NCBI GenBank assembly: GCA_028287305.1
Contig: JAQBPX010000021.1
Span: 84,433-116,432, forward strand
Source: Gemmatimonadota bacterium
GTDB taxonomy: Bacteria; Gemmatimonadota; Gemmatimonadetes; Gemmatimonadales; Gemmatimonadaceae
Length of the DNA stretch: 32,000 bases
Direction of reading: 5' to 3'
A model generated the notes under the pieces. That model made no database searches. It was not told where the DNA came from and was given only the letters and a program-made list of their open reading frames with translations. This document shows, piece after piece, positions 27,235 to 32,000 of the stretch. A program made the translations under genes and the position numbers. Every line of letters starts with the position of its first letter. Positions within the stretch are counted from its first letter, which is position 1.

Positions 27235-30033
27235 TCAGTACGAGTACTGCACCCGCGTCATGAGCATGCGGCCAAGGGAGGGCACGCCGGCGAACGTCGC
27301 CGAGCCGTGGTTGAGCAGGTTGGTGCCGCTCAGCGACCACATCGCCTTCCCGTTGGAGTGCGGCAGGCGCATGGTGTAGCTGGCGTCGAAGAGCATCCCC
27401 GGGTGAATCGGGTCATAGCTGTACGTCGAGCCGATGGCGCGGACGTTCGGATAGTTCACGCCCGTGCTGTAGAGTCCGGAGTTGATCTTGAAGCCGTCGT
27501 GATACCGCGCGCGAAGCTCGAAGTGACGACCCTCGGCCTCCTGGTCGCGACGGAACGCGAACGATCCCTTCTTGGACGGCGCGTTGATGCGGAGTGGCTG
27601 CTGGTTGCCGCCGTCCACGGTCGGGAACGAATCCGCGCTCACCCACGAGAAGTTCGTGGCGATGCTGTAGCCATCCTCGAGCAGGTAATCGAAGGCGACG
27701 TCGGCACCACCGAGGAAGATCTTCGTGTCCACGTTGCGATACGACACGATGATGTCGGCGCGATCGTGCAGCGTGCTGTTGTTCAGCGCCACCACGCCCA
27801 CCGGCACCTTCGCCAGGCCGCCGGCGATCGCCGGGGCTGCCGCGGCAGCGGTCGCCTGCGCCTGTGCGGCCGGCATGCCCGACGCGATCAGCGCCGAGGC
27901 GATGGAGGTGCCGAGGTACTGGCCAAGCGAGGTGGGATCGAGGAACGCATTCGGCGTGACGATCTGCGACGCCGTGGTGAAGTTCACCTGCTCCTCACGC
28001 CACAGGTCCACCGAGAGCCGCGCCTTCTTGCCCAGGAGCCCCTTGTAGCCCAGCTCCATGGTGTTGTTGAAGGTGGCCTTCAGCGGCTCGAGGGCCTTGA
28101 GCGACGTCGGGTCGACTGTCTTGTCGGTCGCCGTGATGTTGCGCAGCACCGTCCCGACCTGCGCGGACGTGGGATTGAGCGAGTTGAGGATCGGCAGCAG
28201 CCCCGCCACGGAGCTCGGCAGCGACGGCGTGATGACCGCCAGCGCCGCGCGATAGTATGCCGCCGCATTGAGGTCCACCGACGCGTTTGCCGCTCCAAGC
28301 GCCGAAGGGAACACGGAACGCATGCAGAGGCTCGCGACACCCGACGCGCAGCTGCGCGCGTAGTCGAAGCCCACGCCGGGGGGCACGCCGAGCGCCCGGA
28401 TGTCGTATCCGAGGCCCGTCGGATTCTTCGCCGCGATCAGGTCGAGGAAGTACGAGAAGTTCGCCGGCGTCGAGTACGCGCGGTTGAAGGTGGCGCGAAT
28501 GTTCTGCTCCTGCGACGGCTTGAACACCAGGCCCACGCGGGGGGATGCGAACGTCCCCTTGATCACGCTGTTCTGGTCCACGCGCAGCGCCGCGACCACG
28601 TCGAACTTCGGCACCACGTGCGTCACCGAGTGCAGGTACGCACCCTTCTCGGTCACGTTGTCCACGAGCTCGTTGCGCCCGTTGATCGTGTTGCCGGTGC
28701 GCGGGTCGGTCTTGATGAAGTCGCCGCCGTAGATGAAGCTCTGCTTCGCGCCGAAATCCCAGCTGTGCTGGATGGAGCCGGCGGTCACGCGCGACTGGTC
28801 CACGATCGGCTGTCCGCTGCGGAGGAGGAAGGTGCCGTCCGTGTCCGTCGCGTCCTTGTTGCCGGCGTCGCTCATGTTGAGGAACACCTGCGCGAACAGG
28901 TTCCCCCAGCGCACGCGCTGCTGGATGTTCTGGTACGTCCAGTTCTTGATCTGGCTGGCGCCGTTGGCGCCGGTGATCTCGAGGCCGTTGTTGATGTGCG
29001 TCAGGCCGTACGTGGTGACGAGCTCCATGTTCTCCACGGGACGCACGTCCAGGCGGCCCTCGCCGGTGTAGCGCCCCACGCTGAAGTCACGCGAGACGTC
29101 GGCGGCGCCGCGCTTCACCGTGAGCGGCTCGCCCAGGTCGGTGAACTTGAAGTCCTCGCCGGTCATGAACTCGCCGGAGACCTTGAATGCGGCCTTGTCG
29201 CCCAGTCCCGCGGCGTGGCGCAGCGAGGTGCGGAGGATGGACTGGCTGCCCCCGTCCACGGTGAGCATCGTGCCCTTGGAATCGAAGGGCGACTTGGTGA
29301 TGGTGTGCAGCACGCCGCGCGCGCTGTTCGGTCCATACAGCGCCGCCGCGGGGCCAAGGAGCACCTCCACGCGGTCGATGTCCTCGTTGGTGCCCGTGAA
29401 CAGGAAGGGGACGTTCACCCGCAGCGATGGGACGCCGGCGAAGCGGTAGTCCTGCAGCATCAGCGTGGCGCCCGAGAAGGCGTTGTTGAATCCGCGCGCC
29501 ACGATGTTCGACTGCACGATGCCGCCCGACGAGACGTCGATGCCGGGGGAGCTCTTGAGGTGGTCGGCCATGGTCAGCGACGGGCGCTGCGCGATGGCCT
29601 GCTGCGTCACCACGGACACCGAGGCCGGCGCGTCGAGCAGCTTCTCCGGCTTGCGACTGGCGACGGTCACCATCTGCTCGAGCTGCGCCGCCACAGGGGT
29701 CATCTCGATCGAGAGCGCCGTGGTCTCGCCGCCGCGGACGGAGACGTTCTCGCGCCGCTGCACCTGCTGGCCCACGCGCGTCACCGACACGGTGTACGTG
29801 CCGGCCGGCAGGTTGCCGATGGTGTAGGCACCGTCATCACGCGTGGTGTTCACCTGGCGCGCGCCCGCACCGCGTGCTTCCACCCGGGCATTCGGCACGC
29901 CGAGTCCCGTGGTGCGGTCAGTGACGCGGCCGGCGATGCTGCCGGTGGTGGCGGCTTGCGCCATGGCCACCGAGGGAATCGCGAGCGCGAGCGGAACGAG
30001 CATCAGTCGGGTGAGTCGCAGCAGTCGAGCCAT
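27235..30033 (-). CDS. TonB-dependent outer-membrane receptor with an N-terminal carboxypeptidase-regulatory-like domain
   Basis: Signal peptide ending AMAQA. GSIAGRVTD..GAYTIGNLPAGTYTV (CarboxypepD_reg-like). Plug motif DRVEVLLGPAAALYGPNSARGV. The C-terminal beta-strand ends in YSY. SD GGAGG lies upstream. Confidence 0.9.
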   Translation of the reverse strand: MARLLRLTRLMLVPLALAIPSVAMAQAATTGSIAGRVTDRTTGLGVPNARVEARGAGARQVNTTRDDGAYTIGNLPAGTYTVSVTRVGQQVQRRENVSVRGGETTALSIEMTPVAAQLEQMVTVASRKPEKLLDAPASVSVVTQQAIAQRPSLTMADHLKSSPGIDVSSGGIVQSNIVARGFNNAFSGATLMLQDYRFAGVPSLRVNVPFLFTGTNEDIDRVEVLLGPAAALYGPNSARGVLHTITKSPFDSKGTMLTVDGGSQSILRTSLRHAAGLGDKAAFKVSGEFMTGEDFKFTDLGEPLTVKRGAADVSRDFSVGRYTGEGRLDVRPVENMELVTTYGLTHINNGLEITGANGASQIKNWTYQNIQQRVRWGNLFAQVFLNMSDAGNKDATDTDGTFLLRSGQPIVDQSRVTAGSIQHSWDFGAKQSFIYGGDFIKTDPRTGNTINGRNELVDNVTEKGAYLHSVTHVVPKFDVVAALRVDQNSVIKGTFASPRVGLVFKPSQEQNIRATFNRAYSTPANFSYFLDLIAAKNPTGLGYDIRALGVPPGVGFDYARSCASGVASLCMRSVFPSALGAANASVDLNAAAYYRAALAVITPSLPSSVAGLLPILNSLNPTSAQVGTVLRNITATDKTVDPTSLKALEPLKATFNNTMELGYKGLLGKKARLSVDLWREEQVNFTTASQIVTPNAFLDPTSLGQYLGTSIASALIASGMPAAQAQATAAAAAPAIAGGLAKVPVGVVALNNSTLHDRADIIVSYRNVDTKIFLGGADVAFDYLLEDGYSIATNFSWVSADSFPTVDGGNQQPLRINAPSKKGSFAFRRDQEAEGRHFELRARYHDGFKINSGLYSTGVNYPNVRAIGSTYSYDPIHPGMLFDASYTMRLPHSNGKAMWSLSGTNLLNHGSATFAGVPSLGRMLMTRVQYSY

Positions 30034-30177
30034 GCAAGCCTCCAGTCATGGGGAACTGACGGCGGCGGAGTGAACCGGCCGCGGGCTGGAACGGTGTATC
30101 GCCTGGGAAGGAGAGGCACCAGACAGTGCCAGCCACCGGGCCGGGGCGCAAGAGCGAAAAAACAGTTGGCGTGCCCC

Positions 30178-31008
30178 TCAGGGCGCCGCACCGTCCAGCA
30201 CCACCAGCTCTTCCACCAGCACGGCGTTCATGCGCGCGAGCGACTGCTCCCGCCGCACCAACGCGCGCCCGTCCTTCGCGACCCAGAGTCGCACGTCGCC
30301 AAAGCTGCCGCTGAGTCGCACCACCCAGCAGTCGAAGGGTCCCGCGAGCGTGCCCACTGTCTCCTCGCGCTCCACCATGGCGCTGGCCGCCAGCACCGTC
30401 ACTCCTGCGACATCCGCCACCACGAGGTCGGTGCTGTCCGCGTACGAGGGCGACAGGGGCGCCTGCTGCAGCGCGAGCGCCAGCCACGCGCCGCCAAGCA
30501 CGGCCCCCGCGGGCACGCCAGCCTTCACGGTCACACGCCCCTGTGACGAGGCGATCACGCCATACAGGGTGTCGAGCGAGAGTTCGAGCGCGAGGTGCGA
30601 CAGCGGCGCCACGCCGCCCCAGTGGAGCGCCCTGCCGCTGGTGGAGTCCATCACCAGCGAGTCGAGCGACGTCGCCCGTCCGCCGCGCTGCTCGAGCATC
30701 AGCCAGGCGCGGCGCCCCGCGTAGTCCACCGCCTGCTGCGACGTCGAATGCGTGCCGAGGGTGTCGGTGCTGTCGCCGCGCACGAGGGTCACGCGATAGA
30801 GCGCGCGCCCGGCGCGCAGCCGCGCGGGGTCCACGCGAATCGCGCGCGGGGCGGTGGGTGCGGCCGCAGGTGCGGCCGTGATTGCGGCCTTGAGGGAATC
30901 GGTCCCCTGCCCCGCCGCCGCGGACCATGCGCACAGCGACAGCGACAGCGACAGCGACCGCGAAAGCGACCGCGCGATGCGCAGGGCGTCCCTCGCGCCC
31001 CGCCTCAT
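30178..31008 (-). CDS. Exported hypothetical protein, 276 aa (occupies the slot after ftsK where lolA often sits; not identified as LolA)
   Basis: Start trimmed from 31908 to the ATG at 31008, an ATGA overlap with the ftsK stop. Signal-peptide-like N-terminus MRRGARDALRIARSLSRSLSLSLSLCAWSAAAG. Confidence 0.65.
   Translation of the reverse strand: MRRGARDALRIARSLSRSLSLSLSLCAWSAAAGQGTDSLKAAITAAPAAAPTAPRAIRVDPARLRAGRALYRVTLVRGDSTDTLGTHSTSQQAVDYAGRRAWLMLEQRGGRATSLDSLVMDSTSGRALHWGGVAPLSHLALELSLDTLYGVIASSQGRVTVKAGVPAGAVLGGAWLALALQQAPLSPSYADSTDLVVADVAGVTVLAASAMVEREETVGTLAGPFDCWVVRLSGSFGDVRLWVAKDGRALVRREQSLARMNAVLVEELVVLDGAAP
30933..30974. repeat. Hexanucleotide tandem repeat: (ACAGCG)x4 perfect plus 3 degenerate units, inside coding sequence
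   Basis: Read directly from the sequence. On the minus strand it encodes RSLSRSLSLSLSL in the signal-peptide region of the 276-aa protein. Confidence 0.9.
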
Positions 31009-32000
31009 CGCACGCCGCAGATGCGCTCCAGCTCCTCGAGCCCCACCAGCACGTCGCGCGGCTTCGAGCCATCCGGCGGACCGAGCACTCCCGCCGCGTG
31101 CAGCTGGTCGATGATGCGCGCGGCGCGACCGTACCCGACCTTGAGCCTGCGCTGCAACAGCGACGTGGAACCCTGCTGGTGCTGCACCACCACCTCGGCC
31201 GCCTCGCGGAACAGCTTGTCGCGGTCGCCGGCGTCGGCACCCTCGCCGCCCTCGCCCGCCCCGGCCTCCGCCGCTTCGCGCGCGCGGATCGCCTCGAGGA
31301 TGTCGGTCTCGGCGTGCTGCTCGTCCTCGAGCATCAGCCCCTGTGCCTCGTACGCGGCGCGACGTGCATCGCGCTTCGCGCCGTACCATCCCATCAGGCG
31401 CTCGGTCTCCTCGCTCGAGAGATACGCGCCCTGGAGCCGCGACGGCTCGCTCTTGCCCGGGGGGATGAACAGCATGTCGCCGTTGCCGAGCAGCATCTCG
31501 GCGCCCGCGCCATCGATGATGGTGCGGCTGTCGATCTGGCTCGCCACGCGGAAGGCGATGCGACTCGGAAAGTTCGCCTTGATGAGGCCCGTGATCACGT
31601 TCACGCTCGGCCGCTGCGTCGCGAGGATGAGGTGGATGCCGATGGCGCGCGCCTTCTGCGCCAGCATCGCGATGGGCGTCTCCACCTCGCCCTGCACGGT
31701 CATCATCAGGTCGGCCATCTCGTCGATCACCACCACGATGTACGGCAGGATCCCCGCGTCGTACACGTCCTTCTCGAAGGCGACCTCGAGGTTCTTCGGC
31801 AGCTTGAGCGGCACGCCGTCCTGCACGCGCTTGTTGAAGTCCTGGATGTTGCGGCAGCCATTCGCGGCGAGCAGCTCGTAGCGCTCCTGCATCTCGATCA
31901 CGGCCCACTTGAGCACCGCCGCGGCGTCACGGTTGTCGGTGATCACCTTGTGCCGGAGGTGCGGCAGCGCGTTGTACACGGACAGCTCGACCATCTTCGG
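31005..32000 (-). CDS. ftsK: DNA translocase FtsK/SpoIIIE, C-terminal part (5' end beyond the right edge)
   Basis: HLILATQRPSVNVITG, RIAFRVASQIDSRTI, and the gamma domain STSLLQRRLKVGYGRAARIIDQL. The frame stays open to position 32000 (..PKMVELSVYNALPHL). Confidence 0.95.
   Translation of the reverse strand, partial: PKMVELSVYNALPHLRHKVITDNRDAAAVLKWAVIEMQERYELLAANGCRNIQDFNKRVQDGVPLKLPKNLEVAFEKDVYDAGILPYIVVVIDEMADLMMTVQGEVETPIAMLAQKARAIGIHLILATQRPSVNVITGLIKANFPSRIAFRVASQIDSRTIIDGAGAEMLLGNGDMLFIPPGKSEPSRLQGAYLSSEETERLMGWYGAKRDARRAAYEAQGLMLEDEQHAETDILEAIRAREAAEAGAGEGGEGADAGDRDKLFREAAEVVVQHQQGSTSLLQRRLKVGYGRAARIIDQLHAAGVLGPPDGSKPRDVLVGLEELERICGVR

Noticed and set aside
30114-30134. Sigma-54-like sequence TGGCAC-N..-GTGC upstream of the TonB-dependent receptor gene (minus strand GGCTGGCACTGTCTGGTGCCT)
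   Set aside because: The GG-to-GC spacing is one nucleotide longer than the strict -24/-12 spacing, and the -12 element reads GTGC rather than TTGC. The sequence is equally well explained as a 5-bp inverted repeat (GGCAC/GTGCC).
31009-31908. N-terminal 300 codons of the 576-aa minus-strand ORF 30178..31908
   Set aside because: This part overlaps ftsK out of frame and has Arg/Gly/Asp-rich junk composition. The real gene starts at the ATG at 31008, which is ATGA-coupled to the ftsK stop.

Overview
High-GC (by eye about 68-70 %), gene-dense bacterial chromosomal segment. I can support 27 protein-coding genes, 26 of them on the minus strand. Thirteen gene junctions are 1-8 nt stop/start overlaps (TGATG, ATGA, GTGA), so most of the window reads as a few long minus-strand operons. 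Many ORF-track entries needed their starts trimmed, and the long plus-strand ORFs are antisense shadows. Left third (1-10079): a Wzy-type surface-polysaccharide locus. It holds a WecA/MraY-family initiating transferase with an unusual ~215-aa C-terminal extension, five GT-B glycosyltransferases (one partial), a Wzy-like polytopic membrane protein and an AsnB-like amidotransferase. Middle (10163-15951): hflX, a LEA_2 lipoprotein, rarA, a ZIP metal permease, an unknown 175-aa protein and cca. The only plus-strand gene (16091-16504) encodes an unknown Trp/Cys-rich protein. Right half: asparaginase, an SDR, a GmhA-like SIS isomerase, a CpsB-type PHP phosphatase, a GGGPS/PcrB-family (archaeal-type ether-lipid) prenyltransferase, an unknown 113-aa protein, alaS, recX, recA, yraN, a GDPD phosphodiesterase, a TonB-dependent receptor, an exported protein and the 3' part of ftsK. 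I saw no rRNA, tRNA, CRISPR array, transposase, integrase or recognisable defence gene. Taxonomy cannot be fixed without a search; the content would fit a high-GC Gram-negative such as Gemmatimonadota, which is a guess. I did not find a clear-cut new multi-gene system. The best candidates for novelty are: (i) the GGGPS-PHP phosphatase pair inside the alaS operon; (ii) the extended WecA; (iii) two intergenic palindromic elements built from phased GGACRAC/GTYGTCC heptamers, one carrying a (CAGTTG)5 microsatellite; (iv) an hflX that seems to need an ATC start codon.
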